DNA of 64,000 nucleotides from Octopus sinensis (GCF_006345805.1 NC_042997.1:24614001-24678000), one strand, 5' to 3'; numbered from the stretch's first letter, positions 25,955 through 40,137 are shown. The notes: generated by a model from the sequence alone, not told the origin. Program-made: numbers and translations.

Positions 25955-26448
25955 TTATGTACCAAGATGTAGACATACAGCATCTTGAAAGAGTCCAGAA
26001 GCTGGTTACCCGCATGGTTCATGGTCTCAAGAATTTGTCTTATGAAGAAAGGCTGAAGACGCTCGACCTTTATTCTCTAGAAAAACGCCGCCACAGTGGT
26101 GATCTCATTCTCGCTCACAACATCATAAGCGGAAAGTGTAACCTCTCGAAAGAGCTGTTCTTCACTCTTGCTCCAGAGCGTCGGCTGCGGGGTCATTCCG
26201 AAAAGCTCTACCTGCGACGATTTCATCTCAATCGAAGGAGAGGAGCTTTCTCCGTCCGGGTTGCGGATCCGTGGACCAAGCTGCCAGACGAGATGAAGAT
26301 GCCGACGACCGCTTTGTTCAAAGTCTCCCTTGACCTCAAGTGGCCTGAACTCTTTACATGAACACCACCCTGTACATAACTCCATGTCCCCCTACATGGC
26401 CTTGCTTTTTGCTTTTGTGCTAAAAAATGAACTAACTAACTAACTAAC
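25955..26448 (+). mobile_element. 5'-truncated CR1 LINE
   Basis: 'DIQHLERVQK..TRMV.GL.NLSYEERLK.LDLYSLEKRR..GDLI...RGH...RR..FSVRV..PW.KLP'; short 3'UTR and (AACT)n tail at 26431-26448. Confidence 0.92.
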
Positions 26449-27719
26449 ATTCGAGTGTTGGTGGCTTGTTTCTGAAACATTTTGGAGAAAATTTCTCCAG
26501 ATATTGTTTGAATATTTTTTGGATCTTTTCTTCTTTGATTTCTTTCAGAATATTGTGGCTCAAAGCAGAACTGAGTGAAGCACAAAACAAACAAACAAAA
26601 AAAGAAACAAAAAAAAAGAAAGAAGTGTTGTCGCAATGTAGTTATGCGGTGCGAGCTCAAATTTTGTAGGAGTGCTCCAGCATGGCCACAGACAAATCAC
26701 TGAAACAAGTAAAAGAGTAAAAGATATATATATATATAATATATATTATATATATATATATATATATCAATATTGGTTACACATATTCGCCCAAGGTCTA
26801 ACTATCCTGGTGAGTAGTTAAGTCGATTACACCGACTGCAGTACTGAACTGGTACATGCTTTATCGACCCCGAAAGAATGAAAGGTAAAATGACTACGGT
26901 AGAATCTCAGCTCAGAATGTAGAAACGGATAAAATGCTTGAGTGATTGACTTCATAACGGCACTGTTCTCACAATTAAAATATAAATGCTCGGTTTATTG
27001 TTATAGATATGACTGATAATACATTACAGTAAAATAGAGTTAAAACCTGGTTTTGATCGTCTGGACGTAAAAACTGTAATTGTGCTAACTGTATGAATAT
27101 ACTCTCATGAACATCAACTCATCGGAGATTGCCGTGGCTCAAATAATCTACTTTTCAAATAAGCTCTGTTGAAATTTATTCCACTGGAAACCGCCAAATA
27201 CTTTGTTTACAATGACCTAGAACAAAAATACTAAAATTGTATATCATTACAGTAGTTCTTTTTATTCATATATATTCATATGTATCCCAATCCATTAATA
27301 TGAATGGAAAATGTATACAAGATGTAAAAGATGTCAATCAAGGTTATGTCTTATACATGTTTAATGTACAAGAAAAGAAAGGAAACACTTATAAATGTAA
27401 TTTGTATACAACGAACTAACTGGAAAGAAAATGGACATAAACATTGCTGGAAGGTTTGACTATTTGTTTTCTCTTCTGACTACATAAAAACCTAAGACTT
27501 GTGGTTGTCATCATTAGAAAGCTTTCACCTAGAAATTGTCCGAGAGTGTAAACAGAGTAAAACGGAAATGTGTTTTTCTGAAATGTTGTCAGCTACCTGA
27601 CATATTTACAAGACACAGAAAAATACTTATCTACACAAGGATTGGTAGATATATATATCGGTGAGAACAAGCCAATATTTAGATTTGCTTCATTTTTTTT
27701 TTTTTTAGTAATATTCTGC

Positions 27720-28260
27720 ATAACCATCTGTCGTTTCTTCGGTTTACCTTTGTCCTGATCGAAGATTTCGCATGGGTGAAAAACCCAAAACATTCCAACC
27801 ATTTGCTGTTTTAACCTGTTTAGTAAGTGCTTTGCACGGTTAGAACGATTTTCTCTTGTCACAACCGATATAAACAGACCCCTCCGCATTGCACACAGCT
27901 TGTATCGGAGGTCCTCATGCGCAACTCTTCTGATGGGACATACAGGAAACTTGAGGTCCTTTGCAATGGCTCTTATTGACTTTTCGATTGTTTCTTAGGC
28001 GTTTTGTACAAAGTAACTTGCTCTGATGTCATTAGGACCCTATTTTTGCGTTTTGCATTTAACCGCTGATGTTGGAATCTCATCAACAGATACCCAGTTA
28101 CTTTCGAAATTTCCCTGCGAACGATCAGGGAGCGACCTATTCTTCTATCACTTACCGTGCTTTCAAGGTAACGATCACAACGTGCCTTTTAATTGGCTGA
28201 GTCTGACTTTATTTATCCAAAAATTAAGGTAGAAAAAATAGAAGTTAGAGCTCTTGAAAA
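27720..28260 (-). mobile_element. Tc1/mariner-superfamily transposase relic (N-terminal HTH to first catalytic region)
   Basis: Minus: 'KSIRAIAKDL...IRRVAHEDLRYK...MRRG...RENR..RAK.LLNRLK....WVF....FDQD...NDRW'. Confidence 0.75.
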
Positions 28261-29603
28261 AGGTGTCATAAAAAACTGATACACATATATGTATATTAAC
28301 ATGTATGTATATATTTACATACGCACACACACATACATAGACACATACACATATATATATATATATATATATATACGTGTGCGCGCACACACACACACAA
28401 ACAGAAGACCATAATGGAGTCTTTGATCTGTGCAGATAGGGCAGTTCATATTCCTCTCTTACAATGACATTTGATATGCTTAATATTAAATACTGTGATT
28501 AATATTCAAACTCCAGTTCTTTCCCAAAACACAAGTTTCCATATAAGCATACACTCGAATACTCAGACATACACGCATACACAAATGTATTTAATACACC
28601 CCCCCCCCCCCACACACACACACACACACACACACACAAATTGACGAACTTCCTTTCAGCATCTGTGTGAATCTGTCTTCTACTACATTTAAGAAATTAT
28701 GGATTGTTTGTACCGAGTGACATTTGGGAAAAAAATATTTATATAATTGATTTTTATCTAAAACATTTGTAATCTTGAGGACATATCCATTATACCAGAA
28801 GTATACAATGAACAAGTGGGCGATACGAGAAGTATTTTCCACTAGGACGTTACTACAACTGACGATTAAGTGGGGAGGACTTGTAAAAGAGAGAGAGAGA
28901 GAGGCAGACAGGCGGTGAGATACGGTGTTATGTAGGCAAGTAGGTGGGGAGAGAGAGAGAGAGAAAGCGATAGATTGAGAGAGAAAGAGATAAATAGATA
29001 CATAGATAGAGAGAGAGAGGGGGAGTGAGAGAGAGATTATTGGTAGATATATATATACCAACAAGAAAAGACAATGTAGAGAAAAATAAGGCAACGACAA
29101 AGGAATTTGAAATTTTAAAAGTTCTTAGAAAGTTTAGAGAACGAATCTACAATGGAGAGGAGGACGGAGGCGACGAGTCTCTCGGTAACCAATAACATCA
29201 GCCTAAATAACGAAAATGGGTTCAGTATTCTAGACCCCCTATCAGGTAACCTTAAAGTACCCCTTAATAGTACTTAAAGCCTTAGTGTTTCAACTTATCT
29301 TGACATCGTTTTTTTTTTTCGTTTGTCTTTTGTATTATCTTTTTTATTTATATAATTTGTAATATACGGATATTCTTACTGGTACTGATCTCTTTGTTGC
29401 AGTAATAATTATACATCTTGCAGTATTTTTTTCCGTCTCTGCATTCTAATTCCAAACGCTACCAAGGTGAAATCTGGATTTCCATCACTCCGTAGTCCAT
29501 GAAATTGCGTAGCCGTCATGCATTGGTGTAGATGGTACCGGGGAGAACAATCTTCTGTAAATTACTCGCCTTGGGCATCAATTATAAATTATCCATCATT
29601 ATT

Positions 29604-30060
29604 AAGGCGGTGAGTTGGCAGAATCTTTACTACGCCAGAAAAAAACACTTAGCGGTATTTCGTCCTAAAAGGCGGCGAGCTGGCAGAAACGTTAGCGCGC
29701 CGGGCGAAATGCTTAGCAGTATTTCGTCTGCCGTTACGTTCTGAGTTCAAATTCCGCCGAGGTCGACTTTCCCTTTCATCCTTTCGGTGGTCGATAAGTT
29801 AAGTACCAGTTACGCACTGGGGTCGATATAATCGACTTAATCCGTTTGTCTGTCCGTTTGTCCTCCCTGTGTTTAGCCCCTTGTGGGTAGTAAAGAAATA
29901 GGTATTTCGTTCTTTCTTATGCTCTGCGATCAAATTCCACCTTTCATCCTTTCAAAATCGATAAAATAAGTACCTGTTAAGCACTGGGGGTCGGTGTAAT
30001 CGATGTAGCCCACCCACCGAACTTGCTGGCCATGTGCTAAAATTGGATATGATCATTGTT
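29604..30060 (+). mobile_element. Young SINE B (29671-29900) nested in an older SINE B-like copy
   Basis: Duplicated ggtatttcgt at 29654-29663 and 29901-29910; the host sequence resumes after the insert. Confidence 0.85.
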
Positions 30061-31826
30061 ATTATTTAATGTAACAAGCTGGCTGAATCGTTAGGGCCTC
30101 GAAACAAATGCCTTTGTTCGGGCTCTTTATATTTTCGATTCCAATATCTGTGAGGTTAGGTTCATTTTGCATTTTTTTCAGTGTCAATAAAATAAGGTAT
30201 CAATCACGTACTTAGACTATATAATCGATTGTTTTCTTCCACAAAATTTCAGGTGAAATTTGTCCGTATTTTAGAAACAATTTGAACTTATATTGAGAGA
30301 ATATATGAAAGGCAAAGTCGACCTCGGCGACATTTGAACTCAGAACATAATGATGGACGGCATGCCGCCAGTCATTTTAACCGGCGTGCTAACGATTCTG
30401 CCGGCTCGCCGCCTCGATTTCAAATTTTGACACAAGACCAGCAATTTCGTAGGAAGGGTTTAGTTGAATACATCGCCCTCAATGATCGACTGGTAGTTAT
30501 TTTGTTGACCACGAAAGGATAAAAGGCAAAGTCACGCTCTTCGGAACTTGAACATAAAGCATTTCGCCCCATGTGCAAACGATTCACATAATAATCCGCC
30601 TTCTTTCAATATGAATATTAACAGGAATGTGCATGTGGTTACCTTTAAAATTCGACCTTTGATATGCAAATTCAATTCCGAAATATGCCAGGTTGTTGTA
30701 CATTTGGTCTACAAGTGTCTAACTAAAACACGCGCGCGCGCATGCGCATTTATGTTGTTACCCCCTCTCTTCCTCTGTATACTGGTCTTTTGCTTTCTAT
30801 ATACTAACAGCTGCCCCGCTTTTTCTTTCATTTCAGCTGTTTCATTTTCAAGGCAATCTGTTCAAACTTACAGGGGTCATTTTCAACCAAAATGAACTGA
30901 TGTTTTAGTAAGATACTTGAAGTGATTTCAAGAGTCTTTAGAAAACGCATGCGCAAAGACAATTCCCCCATATGAATCTGATTTTGGCAACTACGTACAT
31001 AGTCTATACAGAAAAAAACCAGCTCCATAACGGCTCACCGCTCCGCTTCAAAGAATCGTGTAAGTCTTAATAGCTTATCAAATATAGCCGTGTGAAAATG
31101 TTCACGTCAGAATTACTGATTCAGGTATGAGTATCTTATATAAAATGAATAAATCTGGCATATCTGTTTTGATTTCCAGTTCTGAAAATGTTATAGTTGT
31201 ACACGCACGCACGTACACGCACGCACACACAAACACACACACACACATACACACACACACACACTCACACACACACATGCACACATAAGGCAAATGAAGA
31301 ATACTTTATAAAAATTCTAAATCCGAAACTACACCGAAAATAGTCAGCACTTCATATAATAAACAATGGTTAAAGAATCTTTACATATTCCCTTTTTACA
31401 AAATATTGGATAAATATGATTAACTATGAAAGAATATTTCATGAAAACCCTAAGTGCGAAAATAAACTGGAAATAGTTACTGCTACCACTACTATAAAAG
31501 TAACAATTTCCACTTTCTTACATTATCCAAGAAGACTTGTGTTTGAAAAGATAATCGAAAGCGCTTACACACATTAGAAACTTCTTCCACAAAGTTTAGA
31601 GACGATTTTTAAAAAATTAATTTTAAAAATCTTTATACTTAATAAATCTGTATCAACTAATTTTGACTAACCTTTTAAATATATTGCCTAAAGCTTATAA
31701 GTGATCACCGTGTATTGGCTAAAGAAAATGGTCTAATACTGAGGCGTAAATGTTGTCGACGGGAAAGTGTGGGTGTTAGGACGCATGGAAAGTGCCCCCA
31801 CACCGTTTATATTCGCGGTGTGCTAT

Positions 31827-31950
31827 AGACGCAGGAGTGGCTGTGTGGTAAGAAGCTTGCTTACCAGCCACATGGTTCTGGGTTCAGTCCCACTGAGTGG
31901 CACCTTGGGCAAGTGTCTTCTACAGTAGCCTCGGGCCGACCGAAGCCTTG
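31827..31950 (+). mobile_element. SINE family A, 5' part
   Basis: Family A head running into (TA)n/(TATG)n. Confidence 0.85.
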
Positions 31951-31955
31951 TTATG

Positions 31956-32001
<46 letters not shown>

Positions 32002-32889
32002 TGTATGTATGTATGTATGTATGTATGTATGCATGTATGCATGTATGCATGTATGCATGTATGCATGCATGCATGTATGCATGTATGCATGTATGTATGT
32101 ATGTGTATGTATGTATGTATGTACGTATGTATGCATGCATGCATGTATGCATGTATGCATGTATGCATGCATGCATGTATGCATGTATGCATGTATGTAT
32201 GTATGTATGTATGTATGTATCTGAGCATACGTTTGTCTATAGACACCTGTGTCTATTTTTAGAAATTTTACCATTATATCTAACTATTCTTCCCTTCCAT
32301 TTTGAGGTTTACTACTCACTTTATTAACCCCTTGTACCTTTCAAACATATCACCCCACCTCCCATTCCTCGCACATACTCATTCCTTACATTCCTATTTC
32401 TTCCTATCCGCTCCTACTCCTCTCCCAGCCCCTCAACTAACTAGCTTTTGACCAACAACTTTTTCATTTTCTCTTCCTCTTTCATTCTTTCTTCTTTCCT
32501 CACCTATTCCTTTTGACCATCTCCTCATTTCAACATACTCATCTTTTCTTTTCTCTCTATCTACTTAATACTACCACTACATTCTCAAAATTTCATTCAT
32601 ACTACAAGACACCTTTGAATGAACAGGACATGGAATCTACGTCTCGACACTTTCCATTTGTAATGACAAAATATGAACTTCTATCGGAATTTACATACCA
32701 TGGACAAGAAGCATTTCTACCCCTTCTACACACCACTTTCCTTGCATAATGGAACTGCAACTATGACGTCCTACATTACTTTTTACTTTTATTCTCTTAT
32801 TTCCTTTCATACTTCTTATTTCCATCCTTTTCCAAACTAACTCTTTATATCGAACTATACTATTTCTTTCAATATTACCATCTCACATC

Positions 32890-32937
32890 GTCTCCGATGA
32901 AGGGATATCCTTAATACCTCAGAAACAGCTGTAAGAC
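32890..32937 (+). ncRNA. Minimal hammerhead motif (U4C variant)
   Basis: gucu CCGAUGA a gggauau-ccuua-auaccuca GAAA cagcug UA agac; helix III palindrome ACAGCUGU. Confidence 0.7.
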
Positions 32938-33058
32938 TAACTACCTCTTTGTAAATATCCTGATAATCCCACACCACCTTGGCTTATTTTATTTAACACA
33001 CACACACACATATAAAAGTGTGTGTGTATGTGTGTGTGCGTGCGTAAATTCATATATA

Positions 33059-33270
33059 TATTTCTTTACAACCCACAAGGGGCTAAACACAGAGGGGACA
33101 AACAAGGACAGACAAACTGATTAAGTCGATTACATCGACCCCAGTGCGTAACTGGTACTTAAGTTATCGACCCCGAAAGGATGAAAGGCAAAGTCGACCA
33201 CGGCGGAATTTGAACTCAGAACGTAACGACAGACGAAATACGGCTACGCATTTCGCCCGGCGTGCTAACG
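33059..33270 (-). mobile_element. SINE family B
   Basis: Reverse complement of the 5794 copy, slightly 5'-truncated. Confidence 0.88.
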
Positions 33271-34959
33271 TGCATGCGTATATATTTGTGCGTGTGCGTG
33301 TGTGTTTGTGTGTGAGTGTGTAGGTGCGTGCGTGTTCAGCCTGTACGATGAGAGACATTCATCATAAAGTTAAACAATATTTTCTTCTATGGGAAATACG
33401 AGGGTTATACTCGAGACTTTTCTGTATACATTTATTAAACGATAACAGTAATAAAAAGATCCATGCAAAAAAAAAAAAAATCTTTTGTGCATAAATGTTA
33501 ACGAAACAGCTTTGGGTAGGGGTTAGGTTGGTCAGAATGGAGAGGAAGGAATAGAAATCAAAATAACGGAATAAAGATAAAATCAATGTCATTTTCATAT
33601 TTCAAACAGAAAATCTTATCACCATAGTAATTAAACAATAACATGAAACCCTGGTTTTAACGGTTTTTTCTTTCATTTTTCATATCTTGCATTGTTGCAT
33701 TTGATTGAAAACATTTTGCAGGTGTTCTAAACTATATACACAAACGCACACATGTATGTATATATGTATGTTTGTATGTGTGTGTGTGTATGTATGTATG
33801 TATCTATGTATCTATGTATGTATGTAAGTATGTATGTATGTATGTAGATATGTATGTTTGTATGTGTGTGTGTGTATGTATGTATGTATCTATGTATCTA
33901 TGTATGTATGTAAGTATGTATATATGTATGTATATATGTATGTTTGTATGTGTGTGTGTGTATGTATGTATGTATGTATGTATCTATGTATGTATGTAAG
34001 TATGTATGTATGTATGTAGATATGTATGTGACAATATATGCATGTGTGTAAGTATGAATGAGCATTTTATCTGAGAAAAACTAGAAACTTTAAAATTCTC
34101 ACAACGCCTGTCTCTTAGCATGCCGTTATTACAATCCTATATCTAGGTATTTCATGCAACCAACTTTAAATTTTTTAATGTTTTTGCTGCTGTTGTCAAA
34201 CAGAGATGTGAACAAAAGCATTACTTCTGTGAACGTTGCTTTGTTTTCCCATATATATTTTTATTGTGTGGTTTATGAGATTATATATGTTATGTTGTGA
34301 TTTAAAGCGAATGTAGCTGCTATTTCTAACTCGTCAGGCAACTACGTAGAGGACTGTATTCATTCGTATTACGAGACGACTGTTGAAAAATGCCTAGAAG
34401 TTTTGAACGTTACCCACGTATATAAACCGAATAATGGTTAGTGAGTTCATATGCTATTTGTCTTGTATTGTGACAACTATACCTTCTTTCAAGATTCGCT
34501 CAACAAATTTGGGCATGTGGTAGAAATAGAAGACAATAGATATGAGGAGTTGCTAGTCAGCATGGTTGAAACAATGACTAAAAATGTCATTACAATCAAC
34601 GGACTACAGCTAAAATGGCTCTCTCTGCAGCGCAAAACATGATGTTTGCGTTTTCAATAGTAGTATGTGTGATTTTAGATGCGAAGGCAAGGAAGTAACT
34701 GCAAAGACACCACGTAACATAGGCGCAATTAAATTTTTGAGGTACTACAAAGTAAATACTGTGTACGATTCTAGGCAGGTGAATCCAACAGAGCAGTGTG
34801 AGATTTGTACGATTAAGTTTTTGAAAACCAACGGGATACTCTAATTAAACGTGCATCGTTTATTTCACAAACTTTAGCCAGCAATAATATATGAGAATTG
34901 TACTGGAACTAATGGAAATGTAGGCATAACTTTTTTATTAAGTGGCATAGGTCTTTAAA

Positions 34960-35340
34960 ATTAGCCTGTCGTTAGAGAAGCTCTTCTTCAAAACTACAAT
35001 GCATCAGGCCAATTGATGAACCCAATTTCTTTGGAAAAATTTAGATGTGTTCACATCGTCACAATCACTTTTTACCACGTCCATGTCAACAAATTTTTGT
35101 CCCCGAAAGTAGTATCTCATTGGACCGAACGAGGGGAAGTCGCGGACGCCATATTCGGGCTATATGGTAGACGTGGAACAACTAAACAGTCCAATTTTCC
35201 AGTTGCCTGCTTTGTTGCTATAAATAGGTGTAGCCAAGAATTTTTATGTTGAATGTGGGTCATTTTCGGGTTCTTGTGTGGTCTCTTTCTCTTAATGACT
35301 TCTCTAAACTTTTAGACTATCAAAATGTGCCGCTTGCTCG
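34960..35340 (-). mobile_element. mariner transposase C-terminal relic
   Basis: Minus: 'VVPRLPYSPNMAS' (YSPDLAP motif), then frameshifted 'FPSFGPMRYYFRGQKF'. Confidence 0.6.
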
Positions 35341-35661
35341 TCACAGAAAGTCAACGAGAATAGCACCCGTGTCATTCCTGTCACCCTCAAAATATTTAGC
35401 ATTCATTTACAAATCAAGGATAGGCTACGTTTCATTATCATTCTCTCTTACAAGATCGGAAGAGATGTCTTCACTGATTTCAAACGCTTCATGCAGATCA
35501 GAACATGCTGCAACCCTCCTCTCTTTCAAATTAAGTACCAATGCCAAGGTGTCTACTTTGTACACAGATTACTATACAGAAAGTCTTCCACACTTTTGTA
35601 AAGCATATGAACACAGTCCGTATAGAGCAAAATCAAGGTTTGTGATACGTGTGTATATATG

Positions 35662-35704
<43 letters not shown>

Positions 35705-35705
35705 G

Positions 35706-35793
<88 letters not shown>

Positions 35794-36219
35794 GAAACAG
35801 TTTTTCCTTTAAAGACATCTCACTGAGAACTCGACCAAACTTCAGATTTATCGTATTTCTATTAATTTATTTTTCGTCTTCTTCCTATATATTTCAGATA
35901 TTCGAGGTTTATATTTTGCTGTAATAATAAAATATAAACCCTTTAGCTCCATTGACGTTTAAAGACCTTTGAGATCATATCTTCACAAATATCGCTGTAA
36001 GCCCGCTCCGTTTCTTGGTCGCTGTGAAAGACGGCTGACGTCAACAGTCTAAGAGAGTTTCACTACAGCGATAACGAATCACAGGCAGACACAGCATCAT
36101 TCCCATGATTCTCGGGAGCAAATAAATCAGCAGTAATAATCACCACTGAGATCATTTCATCATGAAGATAATTTTCAACGGATATTGAAACGTCGATGGT
36201 CCTAGGAAGTGTATGACAG

Positions 36220-36275
<56 letters not shown>

Positions 36276-36558
36276 TATATATACTTATCTGTGTATGTGT
36301 GTGTGTGTATAATTAACATAGTTATTATGTTAAACTGTCGTATGGACAAATGCGTTTTTTTTTCAATATTTATTTTTGCTTAAAATCACCGGTTCTTTGG
36401 TCAAAGTCTTGTATATCAAGCTGCTTCAAATGCCAAGATATCAAAGATTGTCAAAGTGAAGTACAACGGTTTCGCTATGGAGTGGTGGAACTATTTTTTA
36501 TTTTTGCTTTTTGTTTTCTGAAAAAGCAACATTTTTTTACTTTTGCATAATAACAACG

Positions 36559-36589
<31 letters not shown>

Positions 36590-36591
36590 AT

Positions 36592-36636
<45 letters not shown>

Positions 36637-36687
36637 ATATATTTGTTTTGCAAGATTCTTGATGTGAAATACGTGTGGTGAAACAGA

Positions 36688-37207
36688 TGTTGTTGTATTT
36701 AGGAATGTCATTTTGCCAATTTAGCCAATAAAAACACACGCACTATATATTTGGTGTTAATTTGTTTGAGCGTTATTTATTTTTCACATTAATCTTAATC
36801 TTATTTCGACCAGAGTTCTTTCGTCACACTTCTGTGACCTCATCATTGGTCCTTTGCTTTCTTCTTTCTTATTTGTGTGTCTCTCCTTACGGTCAGCCAT
36901 TTTGTACTTTGTATTCCTATGGTATGTGTCTTCATTTGCGCATGCGTATACCTCTATATGTGTCTTTGTTTAGTTAGTGTGTGTGTGGGTGGGGGACTGA
37001 CTGTTAGTAGGGAAAGACACACAAATAAGAAAGAAGAAAGAAAGGAACACGGATGAGGTCACAGAAGTGTGACGAAAGAACTCTGGCCGAAATAAGTTTA
37101 AGACTAATATAAAAAATGAAATAAAGCTGAAACAAATTAACACCAAATATATAGTGCGTGTGTTTTTATTGGCTAAACTGGCAAAATGACCATTCCTAAA
37201 TACAACA

Positions 37208-37209
<2 letters not shown>
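36688..37209. repeat. Diverged ~200-bp inverted repeat pair, each arm with a hammerhead motif
   Basis: 36688-36897 matches the reverse complement of 36995-37209; HHR 36808-36851(-) gacca AUGAUGA g gucac..gugac GAAA gaac UC ugguc and 37045-37088(+). Confidence 0.8.
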
Positions 37210-37253
<44 letters not shown>

Positions 37254-37256
<3 letters not shown>

Positions 37257-37461
37257 TAAAAATGGTAAGACAACAAAAGATTGAAAGAGACCTCGATATT
37301 ATGTAACTAGAGGAATTTAACTGTAAATGTAATATGTGACAATTATTCAGTAGCCATGATAAAACTCCGAGTTTCGGATACCGGGGTGGTTTCCACCCCG
37401 GCGTCCGAAACTCGGAGTTTTATCATGGCTACTGAATAATTGTCACATATTACATTTACAG
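37254..37461 (-). mobile_element. 5'-truncated PLE-like terminus with fold-back inversion
   Basis: Near-perfect palindrome 37321-37461; homologous to 46250-46385; contains the GAAAcucggagUU half of an HHR. Confidence 0.75.
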
Positions 37462-37481
37462 GTATATACATATACATACAT

Positions 37482-37573
<92 letters not shown>

Positions 37574-37686
37574 CGTATGTGCATATATGTGTGTGTGTCC
37601 AGTTGATATAGAGACAGAGAGAGAAAGAGAGAGAAAATAAGGCGAAAAACAGCGAAAGAGAGATTGACGTAGATAGGTAGGTAGGT

Positions 37687-37724
<38 letters not shown>

Positions 37725-38127
37725 CAATCAATGAAATATTCTTGCGTGACATATAAAGTCGGAGTAGCCTTGCCACATTAAGTGGCAAAAAGATAATAAA
37801 CCAGGTAGATTGCTTAAGCGGCATTTCGCTTCTCTTTACAAGTTGAATTCGTATTCCAGCGAGGTCGACTTTGCCCTTCATCCTTTCGGAGTTGGGGGTC
37901 GAGGAAATGGGTAGCAGTCGAGCACTTGGGGTCGATGTAATCAGCTAACTCCCACTCACGAATTCCTGGCATACAAATACTCAAGACTCAATCACATATA
38001 CATCTTCATCGAATAATCACTTAGATTTTTCATCGACACATTCGTATATCTCTCAGATAAATTATTTCTTCCTTCAGCTTTCCTTTGTTCGCTCTCTCTC
38101 TCTCTTCCTCTGTCTTACCCTGTCACT

Positions 38128-38128
38128 G

Positions 38129-38216
<88 letters not shown>

Positions 38217-38263
38217 ACTATCTATCTATCTATCTATATATCTATCTATCTATCTATCTATCT

Positions 38264-38312
<49 letters not shown>
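38128..38312. repeat. (TATC)n microsatellite
   Basis: Direct inspection. Confidence 0.95.
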
Positions 38313-38313
<1 letters not shown>

Positions 38314-38450
38314 AAACCATTGGTTTCCTTACACCTACGCTAATGCTCTTAATTTGAAACCCGCCTTGTTTTATTGATATTATGCACGTGGTAGATTTAA
38401 GACACGTTATATATATGTATAACGAGTCTTATATATATATATATATATAT

Positions 38451-38760
38451 ATAACGGGAAGCTTTATGAAAATAAACAAAAGACGAAGGCAGGTGGAAAA
38501 CAAACGAACAATTGTATTAGTATGGCGCTCAGGAAATATAAATAAAACAAGTCTTTAACGTTTCGAGCCTACGCTCTTCAACAGAAAGATACACAGAGAG
38601 AGAAAAACACAGAAAGAAGGAGAGAAAAAAAATGCGTGCAGTAGCTAACGAATCAACATGGCGATCTGATTTCGGCCAGAGGTCAAAGATCAAACATGAG
38701 ACGCGAGAGCGAAATAAGGGGAGATAATAGGGTTGATAAAAGGGTTGAGGGACCAGCTAA
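38451..38760 (-). mobile_element. PLE-like terminus, same family as 13858-14030, with a hammerhead-like motif at 38552-38589
   Basis: Shared aaaataaacaaaagacgaaggcaggtgga...acgtttcgagcctacgctcttc; abuts (TA)n. Confidence 0.7.
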
Positions 38761-38897
38761 AAGTGCGTGGGAGGGGTCTGGATGTGTGTATGTATAGGGT
38801 TGGTGTATGTATTAGTATGTATAAGGGTGTGTGTGTGTGTGTGTATGAGAGAGTATTAGTGCGTAAGATTGGTCTGGACGTGCGTATGTATGGGGTT

Positions 38898-38931
<34 letters not shown>

Positions 38932-39522
38932 ACGTGTCATGTATATATCCATATCTATATATATATACACACACACAGACACACTGGCACAAGCACACAA
39001 ATACACAAATATACACATCCAAATACACACTTGCACACACAGACGTATATCGTACACGCACACATATATGAACATTGTGATGCTTATAGAATAACATTCA
39101 TACATACTCTCTTTAATAGATATAAGAAAATATAGATAATGCAAATATTTATATATGACTATATATATATGTGTAAGCATATATATATATATATGTGTGT
39201 GTATGTGTGTGTGTGTGTGTGTGTAAGCATATGTATGTATACGCATATAAATATATATATACATATATATATATATATAATATATATATATATATATAAT
39301 ATATATATAATATATATATTATATATATATATATACATAACATATATACATATACATAAATATATATATATATATATTATGTGTAAGTTATATATCTTCA
39401 GTGAGAGAGAAAGAGAGCAAAACAGAAAGAGTGAGAATGAGCGTGTGAGGGAAAGTAAGAATCGGAAGTAGAAAGAAAGAGGCAGAGTGTGAAAGAGTTA
39501 AAAAGCAGAGAGAGAGAGAGAC

Positions 39523-39570
<48 letters not shown>

Positions 39571-39929
39571 ATTCTCTACTCGACTCGAACACATCAAAAC
39601 CTTCACAGTGCGATAAAATCTCTGCTGATATTGTCTCTGGCACCCAACTGACAAACCTGATGTAACTCTCCAGGGTGGCTTACTCAGTTTATCTCTTGTC
39701 GAGTTCACTCTGACTTATGACTTCACAACGTTTCTCATTTATTTATTTATTTATTGGTTTTCTTCATATATTTTGAAATTATTGTTTGTTTGTCATTCTC
39801 TTGATTTTTATATCCGATTTTTATAATTATAAAATATTATTGTTGATGTTGTTATTGCCATTTCTGCTGCTGTTAATGTTGCAGATGTGTAAAGGCGTTG
39901 TTTTTACTTTAGTCTAGTCTTCTCTGGCT

Positions 39930-39972
39930 GCTATTATTATTATTATTATTATTGTTGAAGCAGTTGTTGTTG

Positions 39973-40027
<55 letters not shown>

Positions 40028-40101
40028 TACTGCCACTGTTGTTTTTGTTTTTGTTACTGTTGTCGGCGTTGACGTCATCTTCGTCGTCATCATCATCGTC
40101 G

Positions 40102-40137
<36 letters not shown>

